Source: Diplonema japonicum (taxonomy: Eukaryota > Protista > Euglenozoa: Diplonemea). Taken from it: 64,000 nucleotides of DNA. The position numbers and the translations under genes were made by a program. The DNA lies in the NCBI GenBank assembly GCA_964019335.1, contig OZ025649.1:186001-250000 (forward strand), given 5' to 3'. Of this stretch, positions 26,085 through 37,933 are shown piece by piece; position 1 is the stretch's first letter; the number at the start of each line of letters is the position of its first letter. Under the pieces are notes generated by a model. That model worked only from the letters and a program-made list of their open reading frames with translations, searched no databases and was not told where the DNA came from.

Positions 26085-26165
26085 CATGTGCCTTCTTATG
26101 TTAAGAATGATTTACACATTCCTATTTGTTGTTATTTTACATCTCGCACGATTTCTTTAAAAAAC

Positions 26166-26224
<59 letters not shown>

Positions 26225-26266
26225 CTTTGTGTTTTGTTTGCACTAGAATCACCTAGGAGGAGGGCG

Positions 26267-28380
26267 ATGGCACGGACACGGAATAGGAACAGCAGGGTCA
26301 CGGAGCTCGTGCTGTCTGCGGTGGCCACCCTGGTCTTGTGCTTGTTGGTGTTGGGGGTGCCGAACTTCAGTGGTGGCCCAGATGTGGTCATGAAACCAGC
26401 GAATCAGGTGATAGAAGTAAAGCAGCCAACGAGCGACATTGTGCAGAGTGCGGTGAAAGCTCGTGCTTGGCCACAAGTTGGGGGGGATTTCGGGCCTGAG
26501 GGGCTTGCAGCGCAGCTTATCACCACCCCTCCCAGCAGCCGGGCCACGCTGCGCCTGTTAGCTGCCGACCCCGAGAACCCTGCTGCGCGTGCACTGGCTG
26601 GCATCATCCACAGGCACAGCCGCCGTACAGGCACAAAGTACCTCCAGGAGACCTCGCTGAAGGCAGCAAACCTCGCCATGCCTTCCGTGATGCTCGTCTC
26701 CTGCAACAGCAAGGCTGGCGTGCCGCTTGACGATTTGTCGAAAGAATGCACAACTGGGAACCTCCTCCTCATCCCCTCCGACATGCTCCACGAGGGGCTT
26801 CTTGTAATGGGGCAACTGTTCAACTACAACCTCGGGGACCTTCTCTACTTGGAGGGTGGCCCCGACTACAAGAGACAGTGTGCTGATGACAGCTTCTACA
26901 ACCTTGCGATGCAGAGCCTCGTGTCCCGCCTCAGTGCGCTGCCTACTGCAGCCAAGGACCTCAATACCTTCAACAGCGTCATCGCAGCACTCCCGAACTA
27001 CTGCCAAGGGATGTACCCCTTCAGCCAATGTCAACTGTTGAAGAAGGGCGGAAACGCAGTCCCTGCAAACGGCAACCGTCCAAGTCACTACAGTTGCAAC
27101 ACTCCGACAAGCAAGCCAAGCATGGAACTGGTGGCAGATGACAAGGCAGCCGTAGATGCAGCCAAAGCCCTTGTGGACACTGCGTGGCCAGCATGCAAGA
27201 GCCGTCCTAAAGGGTGTGCACCTACCTACGGCATCGCCTTCGTCAAGACTCACAAGACGGCAAGCAGCACACTGGAGGGCATCCTTCACAGACTGTATGC
27301 GGACTGCAGCACTCTTTACACACAACAGGTGCCTCACGAGACGGCAGCGCTGCTTGACACACTCTGGCAAGTTCTTGAACCTTGCCTACCCCGAGCAGGC
27401 AGCGTACGTGGCCTTCCCCCACAAGGCGGCACCTGCACTGTCAGCCCCTTATGAAATGTTCGTGGCTCACACCATGTATGCAAACTGATAAGAAAAAAAG
27501 AAGCCCCACATAGGAACTCACCCGAACTCCTGAATAATGTGCCCACTAGCAACGGGCACATCCTGACCATTGTGAGGGAGGCTAACAAGCGCTTCAAATC
27601 GCACTGGAACTATTGGGTATGCTAGTTATTATCCTCAACACAACAGGTGGGGGCGAAAGAATTCGTGGCACCGGGCTTCCCATGGAAGCCGAGTGACTTG
27701 GAAATCTTCTGCAAGAACGTAACGGAAGACAGCAGCATGAGGGAGGTGGTGGCGACACTCCCGTTGAACATCCGCCCTGCGCTGAACAACATGGCGAGGC
27801 AGCTGATGGGGTGCACGCACTGCGGGACGCCCGCACAAGAGAGGGAGAGGTTCGACAAGCTGCTGGAAGCAATCAAAGCACCTGACTCGAAGTACCATGT
27901 TATGATCTCCGAGAAGCTGCATGAGTCGCTTGTGGTATGAACCGTTCTACAGTAGCGCAATGCCCACAGCTTGTGAAGAGGGACTACGGGTTGGAGATGG
28001 CAGACTTGTTGTACAGCTCACGCAACGCAGGGTCCTACAAGCGAGGCGGGGACAGTGAACTGATGACATGCTTGAAGAAGATAAACAGTATGGATGCTGG
28101 CACGTAACACCACACTGAAACAGGTCTCGACGATGAACTATTTGAGGTGGCCATGCAGGTGCACAACGCTAGAGTGCAAGCCTTGGGAGAGCCCTTCCAA
28201 GAGGAGCTGCAGGAACTCGAGCGCATGATCAAAGGTGCTGAGGCAGCGTGCAACCACAACGCATGGGGATGCAACAGTGGGACAGCCAGCCCATTGTGCG
28301 AACAGTGCAACCAGAAGAGAGGGAAAGTAGACGCAGAGAGGACTCTTGTTACCCACTTCAAGCAGTGCACACCGCTGTGA
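26267..28380 (+). CDS. Galactose-3-O-sulfotransferase-like type II membrane protein, paralog B (5 introns)
   Basis: FVKTHKTASST and ILTIVREANKRFKSHWNY. Introns 27295-27328, 27476-27513, 27617-27646, 27935-27969 and 28088-28123 sit at the same positions as in paralog A. Confidence 0.85.
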
Positions 28381-28434
28381 AGCTCCTGTGTTATGCATAC
28401 TTTCTGCCGCGGTCACACGCACCTAAGGTTACAC

Positions 28435-29100
28435 ATGGGGGAAGTAGTGGTATTCGTGGGGGGGACACTGGCGTCCCAGGGGATCATGAGCGCGAGCGAC
28501 CTGACATCGCAGTACATTGCGTACAGCATGAAGGAGACAACCTTGAGGTGTGACAACAGCGGGGCGGAGGAAGGGTTCAAGGTGGACAGGCACAGGTTCG
28601 GGGTGTTCAACGTTGTGACGCTTGGGAGCGGGTTTCTGTTCCAAGGCTGGTGGTACCTTATGGACTACTATTTACCTGGGAAAACGGTCCACGACATCCT
28701 GCTCAAAACCTGGTACACGCAGCTTTTTGACACAGTGGTCATCCCCATCGAACTTACTGCCATTGCCGCTGCTACGCCCAACGTCACTGTGGGTGAGAAG
28801 CTCTCGCAGGAGCTGCTTCCCCTGCAGGCCATCGCGTGGTCAATTCTCCCCCTTTTCCATGTTGTCCAGTTCCTTTACATCCCCCTCCCATGGCAGATCG
28901 TCTTCTCGCGTGTCAATGGCTACATCATGGGGGTCTCGCTGAGCTACCTGTCCTTCCGGAAGCTGCAGCGGAAATATGAAAAGCTCGGTGAAGATGAAGA
29001 AGATGAGGAATTTATCTCGGACAATGCTGTAAAGCCGCCACCACCACCACCACCACAACAGTCTAGAACCAGCACTGTGTGTGTGTGTTGTGTGTGTTGA
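28435..29100 (+). CDS. Mpv17/PMP22 family membrane protein (alternative start 28393)
   Basis: ASDLTSQ, WWYLMDYYLPG, K...QL, W...HVVQFLYIPL.WQIVF..YLS match the Mpv17/PMP22 pattern; Cys-rich C-terminus VCVCCVC. Confidence 0.8.
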   Translation: MGEVVVFVGGTLASQGIMSASDLTSQYIAYSMKETTLRCDNSGAEEGFKVDRHRFGVFNVVTLGSGFLFQGWWYLMDYYLPGKTVHDILLKTWYTQLFDTVVIPIELTAIAAATPNVTVGEKLSQELLPLQAIAWSILPLFHVVQFLYIPLPWQIVFSRVNGYIMGVSLSYLSFRKLQRKYEKLGEDEEDEEFISDNAVKPPPPPPPQQSRTSTVCVCCVC

Positions 29101-29522
29101 ATAGGGCGGGGGGGGGAGAAGGGGGTGCTTCTTTGCCCCCTTTAAAAAAAAAAAAAAAAAAAAAAAATTATTCTGCAAAAAAAGAAAAGAAGAAGAAAAA
29201 AAGAAGAAGAAAAATAAGTAGGAGAGGAATCGTATTCTATTTCATAAAAACCCGTTAATAAGAACAAGGGTGTTTACACGGGGGGAAAAGAAGAAGAAAA
29301 AAAAGGGGAAAAAAACGATGTCACCGGTCGCGGGGCTGCTGTGCGTTCCCATTCAAGCTACTCAAACGCCGCAACCGAGGAAACAAAAAATTGTGAAACC
29401 AACAGCCAATCGTAATGGGATACCCGAGAGGACAGAGGGAACGATTCGGGGGCGGGGGGTGTTTAAAGGAGTGGTCATACCATAACCATTTTTTTCTTTT
29501 TTTTTTTTTTTTTTTTTCAACA

Positions 29523-29556
<34 letters not shown>

Positions 29557-29588
29557 AGACTCATCAAAAAAAGAAGGAAAAAAAAAAA

Positions 29589-30413
29589 ATGAATCCCCCC
29601 ACCGAGTTCACGCCTTTGAAGGACAGCCACCGGAGGAGCAGCAAGCTGCGACGTGCCGGAAGTAGCAGAAGGCAGGTTGTTTTTGAAGACGATCACATTG
29701 ATATGGATGGCTCGTTAAAGGCAGCTGTGTTTGGGTTCAACGATGGTCTGTGCGCTAACACGTGTCTTATGATTGGGATTGCGTCTGCTTCGAGCATTAC
29801 ACCGAGTGTAGTTATTGCATCAGGGATGGTGGGGCTGTTCGCAGGTGCTGCATCAATGGCCGCTGGTGAATGGATCAGCATGACACTCCAGAACCAAGCG
29901 GAACAAGGCGAGATCCAAAAAGAACGGCTCCACCTCATGGACTTCGAGAAGGACGAAGACAAAAACCTTGAGAGAACATTGAAAGAATATGGTTTTTCCG
30001 ATAACACCATTGCTAGCCTGAACAAGGATATGACGGCCCAGCGTGATACCGAAATGAAGCTTAAATTGCATGTTAAGTTTGAACTTGGGCTTGACCTTGA
30101 TGACGAACGGGGTAACCCCTTGAAATCCATGACGTTCATGATGCTTGCTTTTTCCTTCGGTGCCGTCATCCCTCTTCTCCCGTGGATCCCCACCTGGTAC
30201 CCGGGTCCTCTTGCTGCGCTCTGGCTCTCGATTTTTTGCTCGCTGATCGCATCTTTCGCTGTCGGGTACTCCATGTCTAGGTTCACTGACGAACCCGCTC
30301 TCACCACCGCTCTTAGACAGGTTTTCGCAGCGTGTGTGGCGATTATTTCTGTCTGGGGTATTGGTGCCTTATATGGTCTTCTTGGGGGTGATGTTTCCCA
30401 GGTTCAAGGATGA
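29589..30413 (+). CDS. VIT1: VIT1/CCC1 family vacuolar iron/manganese transporter
   Basis: LKAAVFGFNDGL, AGAASMAAGEWIS, acidic metal-binding segment (EQGEIQKE..; KFELG), SFGAVIPLLP. Confidence 0.9.
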   Translation: MNPPTEFTPLKDSHRRSSKLRRAGSSRRQVVFEDDHIDMDGSLKAAVFGFNDGLCANTCLMIGIASASSITPSVVIASGMVGLFAGAASMAAGEWISMTLQNQAEQGEIQKERLHLMDFEKDEDKNLERTLKEYGFSDNTIASLNKDMTAQRDTEMKLKLHVKFELGLDLDDERGNPLKSMTFMMLAFSFGAVIPLLPWIPTWYPGPLAALWLSIFCSLIASFAVGYSMSRFTDEPALTTALRQVFAACVAIISVWGIGALYGLLGGDVSQVQG

Positions 30414-31069
30414 GTTTTTTTTTTTTTTTTTTTTAATTTTGTTCCCTCCCAGTTTTTCACGTTTTAGCGTTTCTTGTACACGCGCTTTTTTTTTTTTTTT
30501 TTTCTTTTTTTTTTTTTACCTCCCTCTCATATTTCTGATTTTTTTTTTTTTGCTCTTTTTTTTCTTTTTTTTTTTTTTTTAAACCCTTTCCCCCAATTTC
30601 CTTTGCGCATAAAGCCACTCTTGGTTGAAAAAAGTCATTTAAACAAAAAGGGGGGAAGGAGAGTAGAAAAAGAAAAAAAAAGGAAGAGGATGAAGAAAAA
30701 TTTTTTTTTAAAAAAACGAATACTGAAAAAAGAATTATGTAAAGGGGACGAAAAAAAACCCCCCAAAAAAAACTGGCGGTGTCACGGGTGGAAGCAATTT
30801 TAATGTGTACCCCGAGAACAAATGAGGGGTTTTTTTTTTTCTGTTTTGAACGAAAAAAAAGGGGGTTTCAAAAAAAAAAAAAAAAAAAAAAAAAGGGAGA
30901 TTCCATCTAGAAGACGAAAAAAAAAAAAAAAAAGAAACCCCATTCTCCGGGAAAAAAAAAAAAAAAGTGTTCGCATTTTTTACCTCGTTTCTCCTTTTTT
31001 TTTTTTTTTTTTTTCCCCTCAACACAAAAAAAAAAAAAAAAAATAGAAAAACACAAACCACACAAAAAA

Positions 31070-31819
31070 ATGGTAAAGGTAGCAGGAATTTTAACAGGCG
31101 TATCCTACGTCAGTGGCATTGACTACTACAAGGGAATTAATGAGCAGTATGGGGAACTTGTGGGCACAAAGACAGGTCTTATGCCAGAGAACCCTTTGAT
31201 GGTGGTTGTCAGTGTGGACTGCGATGTGTACGCAAAAATGTTGGTGGACAAGGACTGGGAAGGCGCAAAAAGACATCTACTGAAGGGGGTGGACCGCCTC
31301 ATAAAAGCCGAGGTAGACTTCCTAGGGCTGGCGAGCAACACAGCACACATCAGCGCGCCTCTAATCCGCGAGACCTACCCAGATATGGCTTTGATCCACA
31401 TTGCCGACACAACAGCTGCTGCCATCAAGGCTGCTGGGATGACTCATGTTGGGCTTCTTGGAACGGAGCCAACTATGCGGGAGGCTTACCTTAAAGACCA
31501 GCTTGCGAAGCATGGTATCACCGTTGTAGTGCCGTCCAGCGATGCTGTCCTCACCCAGATCTTCGAGTTCATCATGAAGGAGCTTGGAGCAAACATTTTC
31601 AAGGACAGCACCCGGGAGTACTTTGTCGAGGCCGCGAAGGACCTGCAGGCCAACGGGGCGCAGGGGCTCATCCTTGGCTGCACTGAGATCGAACTTCTCA
31701 TCCAACAAAAGCATATTCCGGACCTCCCTGTCTTCCCCTCTGCTCAGCTTCATATCTCCGCTCTTTCTAAGGTTGCAGCTGGGACCGTCTCACCTAACGC
31801 GTTCGAGCCGACAGCGTGA
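31070..31819 (+). CDS. PLP-independent aspartate/glutamate racemase family protein (RacX/YgeA-like)
   Basis: GILTGVS..YY..IN, ASNTAH, IHIAD, VGLLGT..TM, ILGCTEI. Intronless, 249 aa. Confidence 0.9.
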   Translation: MVKVAGILTGVSYVSGIDYYKGINEQYGELVGTKTGLMPENPLMVVVSVDCDVYAKMLVDKDWEGAKRHLLKGVDRLIKAEVDFLGLASNTAHISAPLIRETYPDMALIHIADTTAAAIKAAGMTHVGLLGTEPTMREAYLKDQLAKHGITVVVPSSDAVLTQIFEFIMKELGANIFKDSTREYFVEAAKDLQANGAQGLILGCTEIELLIQQKHIPDLPVFPSAQLHISALSKVAAGTVSPNAFEPTA

Positions 31820-31821
31820 AT

Positions 31822-31862
<41 letters not shown>

Positions 31863-32115
31863 GGTGGAACACCCTGGGCCGAGTGCGGATTTTTTTTTTT
31901 TTTTTTTACTTTTCTGCTGGTTTTGGTTTTTTTTTTTTTTTATTTCTCTTCTCCCTTCGGCAAAAAAAAAAAGATGAAAGGAAAGAAAAAGAAAAGAAAA
32001 AGAAGGTTGGTCAAGAGACTCACGCTGACTTCACGTTTGTTTTTTTTTCTGGTTTCTTTTGTTATTTTTATTTGCATTTACGGTGGAAGGAGCAATTTTG
32101 AGCAAACACAAAAAA

Positions 32116-32189
32116 AGGCACCTGAGGGATTTGAACCCTCGACCTCACGCTTACTAGGCGTGCGCTCTAACCAACTGAGCTAAGGCGCC
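32116..32189 (-). tRNA. tRNA-Thr(AGT)
   Basis: Reverse complement GGCGCCTTAGCTCAGTTGGTTAGAGCGCACGCCT-AGT-AAGCGTGAGGTCGAGGGTTCAAATCCCTCAGGTGCCT: full cloverleaf with A/B boxes, followed by a T-run Pol III terminator. Confidence 0.97.
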
Positions 32190-34005
32190 ACACGACCGCC
32201 GAAGTAATAATAATTATTCCACTAACAGGCGGGGGGGATGGGGGGCGGAGAAAGTTGAAACCATAAAAATTGGGAAGGGAAGGTTAAAAACAGTCTCTCT
32301 TACTGAGCCATATCGGGGGGGACCTCTTGCTCGTTTGCTCGACCTCTTGTATATTTTCCTGGGGCCCCCGACATCCACCTTTCTTATTTTTTCCCCATTC
32401 CCCCGCCACGCAGCTCTTGGGCCTCGAAGGCTTCGGCTGTCACCAAATAAAGACAACCCCAAATATTAAAGGACGGCGATGAGATCCCTAATTTTGATTT
32501 ATCCACAGGGACCCCACCATCTGCTGGTTTTGTTGGGCTGTGGGAGCCTAAAAAATAAATTTGAAAAGGAAATGTAAAAGGAAAAGTCAAGTTCAGAACT
32601 CAACTTCCACAAAGAAGGGAGGAATGCATAACTAGAAAAGGAGCCTGGTAGGGAAAATAAAAAAGAAAGGGAAACCAATGGGGGAGGGGAAAAAAAGAAT
32701 TACCGGTTACTATTTCTAAAAAAAAAACCCCCCTTCTCAGCTGCGAAAGATGTTTTTCCAACGAGACTCCCTATCGCGTAATGACGCGGGCGCACCAGGT
32801 AGGCCGGCGAGTGCTGTGGAGTCAATCGTCAGCGGGGAGGAAGAGGTTGTGAGAGGCGAAGTAGAGGAGGACACGTTGGCAGATAACCCACCGGCCTTGG
32901 GCTTTCCCCGTGTGCGACAGGTCACACAATTGTGTTCCTTACACCCCTATGCGGTTCTGCCTGCCTACCCACCAGAAGTCGGACCTTCACCGAGAGACTG
33001 TGTCACACAATGGACTTACATCCCTTGAAGTGGTCCACCGTACTTGACGCCTCCGCTCCGATTCTCTCTCCGCGGGAACCCAGCCTACAACTCTGGTGGC
33101 TGGAGGACCCACTTTGAAATCGAACCCCTCACGTGGAAAACACTGTTGCGCACTCTGGACATTTTGCATTAATCTTGTTTTCTGTCGGCAAACAGTGCTC
33201 CCCACGCTCAGGCCACTTCGCTCGGGCGTTCAGGTCAGCTTCCCCAGGAAAACCATCAAACGGCGTCTCCGGGTCCGGTCCTCGTTCTGGCGTGCAGGAG
33301 GCTTCCCCAGGGGATGCCATCCAACACGGCGCTCCGGCTCCGGCCCTCGGCCGCCCAACGCAACACCGTTCCCCTGCTCCTCCTCTCGAGCTGCCTCTCA
33401 GCCGCGCAACCTTCACCTCCTGCGCGTTGCCCAGGGGCCACCACCGTGGAGGTGGGCAGCCACCACACACACCGTGTTCGTCTTCATGTTCATGTGTGTG
33501 TGTGTGTAATCGGACCCCTTAATTTTTTTTAAAAAGAGGCCTCCCCCGTTTGTCCCTTTACCTTTACATTACGACTCACTGGTACTGGCACTGGTCTCTT
33601 GACATCCCCGCCCTTTGGTGCTGTTCGCCAGTGAGTATCAGGAACTACAGGTTAGTTTGTTGGTTTTATGCAAGTGGCCACCACGAGTTTCGTTCTTCAT
33701 TTTTTTTTTCTTTTTTTTTTTTTTTTTTTTTCTTCCTCTAAATAAAGGATTTCAAATCAAGCTCGATCGTGTACACCAAAGCTTGATCTATCTGTCCTTT
33801 TTTTTTCTTTTTCTTTTTTCTCTTTCTATATGAAAGGTGAGTGAAAATTTTGAATAACACTGGGGGCGGGGGACATGGGGCCTGGTAATGGAAAATAAGG
33901 GAAGACACTGGGGAGTGAAGCCAGAGTTGAGAGATTGATTTAGAAACAATTGCTGTCTGAAGTCGTATAACAACCTCAGACCTCAATGTTTGGAGAATAT
34001 AATAT

Positions 34006-35009
34006 GAGCTCGTCCGGACGAAAATGTCAACACTTTTTCCGAAAATTTCTTGTTTTGATTATTTGAGCAAAAAAAGGGCAGCATGCAACCATAGGAAGAT
34101 GACATACATGGTGTACATGACGCCGTTCTTTCAATTGCGATGCTTGGTTTACCATGAGGGTGGCAGGCTTTGCAACCGGCTGCCCCCGGGAAGCGAAAAA
34201 TAGAGGTCAAAAAAACGGCGAAAAATGTTTAAAATGCAATTTTATTGCTTAAAATGCAGCATCTAGGGTGCATAAAATTGGTGATCAAGCGCACTTGTGA
34301 CCCCTGGGTACAACCCTGGGTCGGGTTACTGTTAAAAGTACTCAGCGAAAAATATATGGCGCCGCATAGCCCCCGAAACTCCGGTTTTTTACACCCTATT
34401 TTTTGGCTTTTTCAAGGGGTTCCTAAGGGATTTTGGCCTTTTTCAGAAAAACCAATTCTTAACACTTGCCTGCTCATACAGAGCTTCGTCAAACTTTCAT
34501 TCCCAACCCATCTGCTGAGGTTTTTCCGTTTCTTTTGCACTCATAATACTTTAAAAGTGAAAATTTTGCTTTTTCTAAGGGGTTTTAAAGGGATTTTAGC
34601 CTTAAATAGGCCAAAATAGCACTGTAAGGGTAAGTTCTCCCCACCCCATTTTAATAGTGATTTAGAGTCCAGCCCACCCAAAATGACCCCAAAGGTTTCA
34701 CAGATTTTCAATCTGCGTCCATTCCTCCTGTCGCTTTTCACGGGAAAACGAAAATAAAAAAATGGAGTCTGGGTTATTTGTAACTTCCAAATTGAATCGT
34801 TTGCCAAAAACCATTCTAAAAAACATGTTTTTGCACGTGCGTTTTAAAAATAAAACAAACGGCGAGCATTTTGACCTATATGGTGATCAAGCTTTGACTG
34901 CATTTCTGCACACAAAGTGGTGTCGGACTACTTTTTTACTTAGAAATTTAACGGGGGTTTTCCGCCGCATAGGAGGGTCATTTGTTGACATTTTTTTCCG
35001 GACGAACTT
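34006..35009. mobile_element. Non-autonomous Sola-like TIR element (~1 kb)
   Basis: Left end GAGCTCGTCCGGACGAAAATGTCAACA; right end TGTTGACATTTTTTTCCGGACGAACTT (imperfect inverted repeat). ATAT TSD at 34002-34005 and 35010-35013. The interior lacks the long homopolymers of host intergenic DNA. Confidence 0.75.
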
Positions 35010-35166
35010 ATATACTATAATTTATAAGCTTTTTCACAATGATCCCTGCTAACACCCCGCTACCATAAGGGTGAAATGACAATGTTCCATCTTTTTGAAC
35101 GAAAAATAAAATTAAAGGACGAAAAAAAAGAGGGGGAAAAAAAAAGAGGAAAAAAAAAAAAAAAAA

Positions 35167-35637
35167 ATGTGCAGAGCACCAAAGGGAACCAAGTACTCGG
35201 AGAAGCTTGCCAACTTGCTGGACATAGTGGTGTCAAAGAGCCAGGAAAGCAGTGCAGCCGACAGTGAGCTTACGGTCTTTGACGCACAGGTCGCCCCGCA
35301 ACTTTCCGTGAAAACATACCTGTCAAACTGGGTTAGCTGTGCGCGGCCCGCAGAAGATGTGTTTTGTGTTGTCGGGGTTTACATTGACAGGCTGACGACA
35401 AAGACAGGGATTAAGCTGACCCCCAGGAATATTCATAGGGTTGTTCTTGCTTGCTTGCTTGTTGCGACGAAATGGCATTCTGAGGATATTTTGGCGAACA
35501 CTGCCTACGCGCGTATCGGTGGTGTTGCAGCGCAGGAACTCCTCAGGCTTGAGTCAGCTTTCCTTCTTGAAACTGACTGGGACACACATGTTTCCCCCGC
35601 AGAATTTGCAAAATACGCAACTCAATTGTCACGCTGA
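35167..35637 (+). CDS. PHO80-like / U-type (P-type) cyclin
   Basis: PQLSVKTYL, VYIDRL, NIHRVVLACLLVATKW..D..N..YARIGGV...EL..LE..FL is the PHO80-like cyclin box. Confidence 0.9.
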   Translation: MCRAPKGTKYSEKLANLLDIVVSKSQESSAADSELTVFDAQVAPQLSVKTYLSNWVSCARPAEDVFCVVGVYIDRLTTKTGIKLTPRNIHRVVLACLLVATKWHSEDILANTAYARIGGVAAQELLRLESAFLLETDWDTHVSPAEFAKYATQLSR

Positions 35638-36342
35638 TGGATGAAAGAGGGAATCGAAATTCGTTTAGGATTTGTTTTTTTTATTTATTTTATATTCTCC
35701 CTTCCCAAGAGGGTGGGAGAGGAATGGCGGGAAAGAAAAAGCAAACAACACAAAGAGCGAACGGAAAGGAAACACAAAAAAAAAAAAAAAAAATGAATAA
35801 GAAAAAAAAAACAAGAAAAAAAAGAGAAAAATAATTTTGAGAGAGGTCCTCTCTCCAAGAAGAAGATGAAGAAAATAGAAAAAGGAGAATTCCCCCTTCC
35901 CCCCTTGTTTAGGTAGAAATCTCTCACAAGATTCACTTATACTTTTTCTTTTTTTTTTCTTTTTTTTCTTTTTTTTTTTTTTTTTTCTGTTCTTTCCGTG
36001 AATGCATTTGAGAAATTAAGAGGAAAAAAAAAAATCCAGAATGTGTTCGATCTCACGCAATACCAACCTTTCTTTTTTTTTTTTTTTTTTTCTTCCCGCC
36101 ATCCTCTCTTTCCCGCCTTTTCCCTCCTTTTACCCTCCTGTTCCTCCGAAACCCACAGTCACAGTAAGCATCCTCGTGATCAATACCTCTTACCTTTTTA
36201 TTTTTACCCTTGGACGACCATGACAGGGTATACCTTTTTACCCATTTCGTTTGCAAGTTTAAATGTACTGTACATTAGTATAAGTTTTTTTTTTTTTTTT
36301 TTTAATCTTTCTTTATATTTGTTCGTTCTTCGAATATCTTCA

Positions 36343-36375
<33 letters not shown>

Positions 36376-36704
36376 AAGAATGAAAATGAAAAAAAAAAAG
36401 AACAAGCTATAGTACCAGGAACGGTGCATCTCATTTCGTACCCCGACACCTTTTTACTTCTACATGTTCTAGTCAATGCAAGCAGAGGTGGTTCACCTGA
36501 CGGGAAAGGGGTTTACAAAACAAAAATAAAACAAAGCAAAAATTTAAAAAAAAAAAAAAAAATAAAAAAACCCCTCCTAACACACCACCAAAAGGTTGAA
36601 GGTTGACTTGGGTGGCCACAGCGCCTCCTAACGGTTCCCTCTTTGGAAAAAAAAAAAGAAAAAAGGAGGAGGGTGTTGTTGTTTTTTTTCTTTTTTTTTT
36701 TTCT

Positions 36705-36736
<32 letters not shown>

Positions 36737-37511
36737 CGTTTTTCTTGGTGGGCGGTTGCTTATACTTCTCCCCCATCGCAGCAATTATTTTTCTTCTTTA
36801 TATTGTTCTTCTTTCCTAAAAACGATTTTTTTTTGTTGTTCTTTTCTATATTTCATATATCAGGGTGTCCTTCTTAGTGACCCAGAAAAAAAAAAGAAAA
36901 GAAGAAAAGAAAAAAAAAAGAGAAGAACAAAAAAGAAAAAAAAGGGGGGGTGCACCTTTTCCTTTTTTTCTATTTCGTATTTCTTCTTCCTTTTTTTTTT
37001 TCTTGTTCTTTTTTTTATAACTCCAGCCAAATTTTTAAATGTGTGTGGATGTGGGAGGGGGGGGGGGGGGGGGGGGGACGAATGAGACAAGTACAACAAC
37101 AAATACCTGTGATCGCAGTCCTGACCCCACGCACGGACTCAAGTTTAGCTGCTCTAAACAACCAACGTTTTTAAATCTTATAATTCACATTGGCACCCGC
37201 TTTTGTTTTGAAGTACTGGCATCACTAGCCCAAAAGCACTGCATGTGTAAAAAAAAAAAAAAAAAGGAAAAGGAGGAAGAAGAAGAAAAAAAAAAAAGAA
37301 AAAAACTAACTTGCAACCAAAACACGACTTTAACGCCATCTACTCTTCCCATCTAGGCAAATTGAAGGGATAAGATGGAAAAAAAAGAAAAAAAATGGGG
37401 GGGAGGAAAAGAATTTCCCCTCGTAATGTTAATAACAGTTGTACCTAGTGGGGGCCGTTCCCATGAAGTAGACCAATGAAAGGGGGGAGGTTTTTGTGCT
37501 TATAGCACCCA

Positions 37512-37559
<48 letters not shown>

Positions 37560-37708
37560 CCTTCTATCGCGTGAATACGAACAGAAATGCAACAATATTT
37601 TGGACGGAATATTTATATTTTTTTTTCTTTTTTTTTTCTTTTTAGGTGGGGTTTATTTTATTGTTGTTTCTAGTGACTAAAACCTTCGGCGCAGGGCTCA
37701 GAAAAAAA

Positions 37709-37745
<37 letters not shown>

Positions 37746-37896
37746 AGATGGGTTTTTAGGTTTCCCCCCATCCCTCCCCCCCCTTTTTTTTTTTCTCGTC
37801 TTTCCAAAGCACAAACGTGGTCCGGTGGTACGTTTCTTTTTCACGATGTTTCCTTTGAGACCCCTTCAGGCGTCCTGCCAGATACCCTTGAATGTT

Positions 37897-37933
<37 letters not shown>

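Noticed and set aside
22535-28380. Alternative genetic code or frameshifting suggested by fragmented ORFs
   Set aside because: Every break is explained by short canonical GT-AG introns, and genes end normally at TAA/TAG/TGA.
28435-31819. Mpv17-VIT1-racemase as a functional operon-like cluster
   Set aside because: Co-orientation is uninformative when all genes share a strand, and no shared pathway is supported.
32190-32700. Possible snRNA/7SL gene divergent from tRNA-Thr, as in trypanosomatids (also checked next to tRNA-Pro and tRNA-Gly)
   Set aside because: No U2, U4, U5, U6 or SRP signature recognised by eye; an Infernal scan would be needed.
37160-37195. AACCAACG... resembling the start of a euglenozoan spliced leader
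   Set aside because: The conserved CAGTTTCTGTACT..TTG/GT core is absent.
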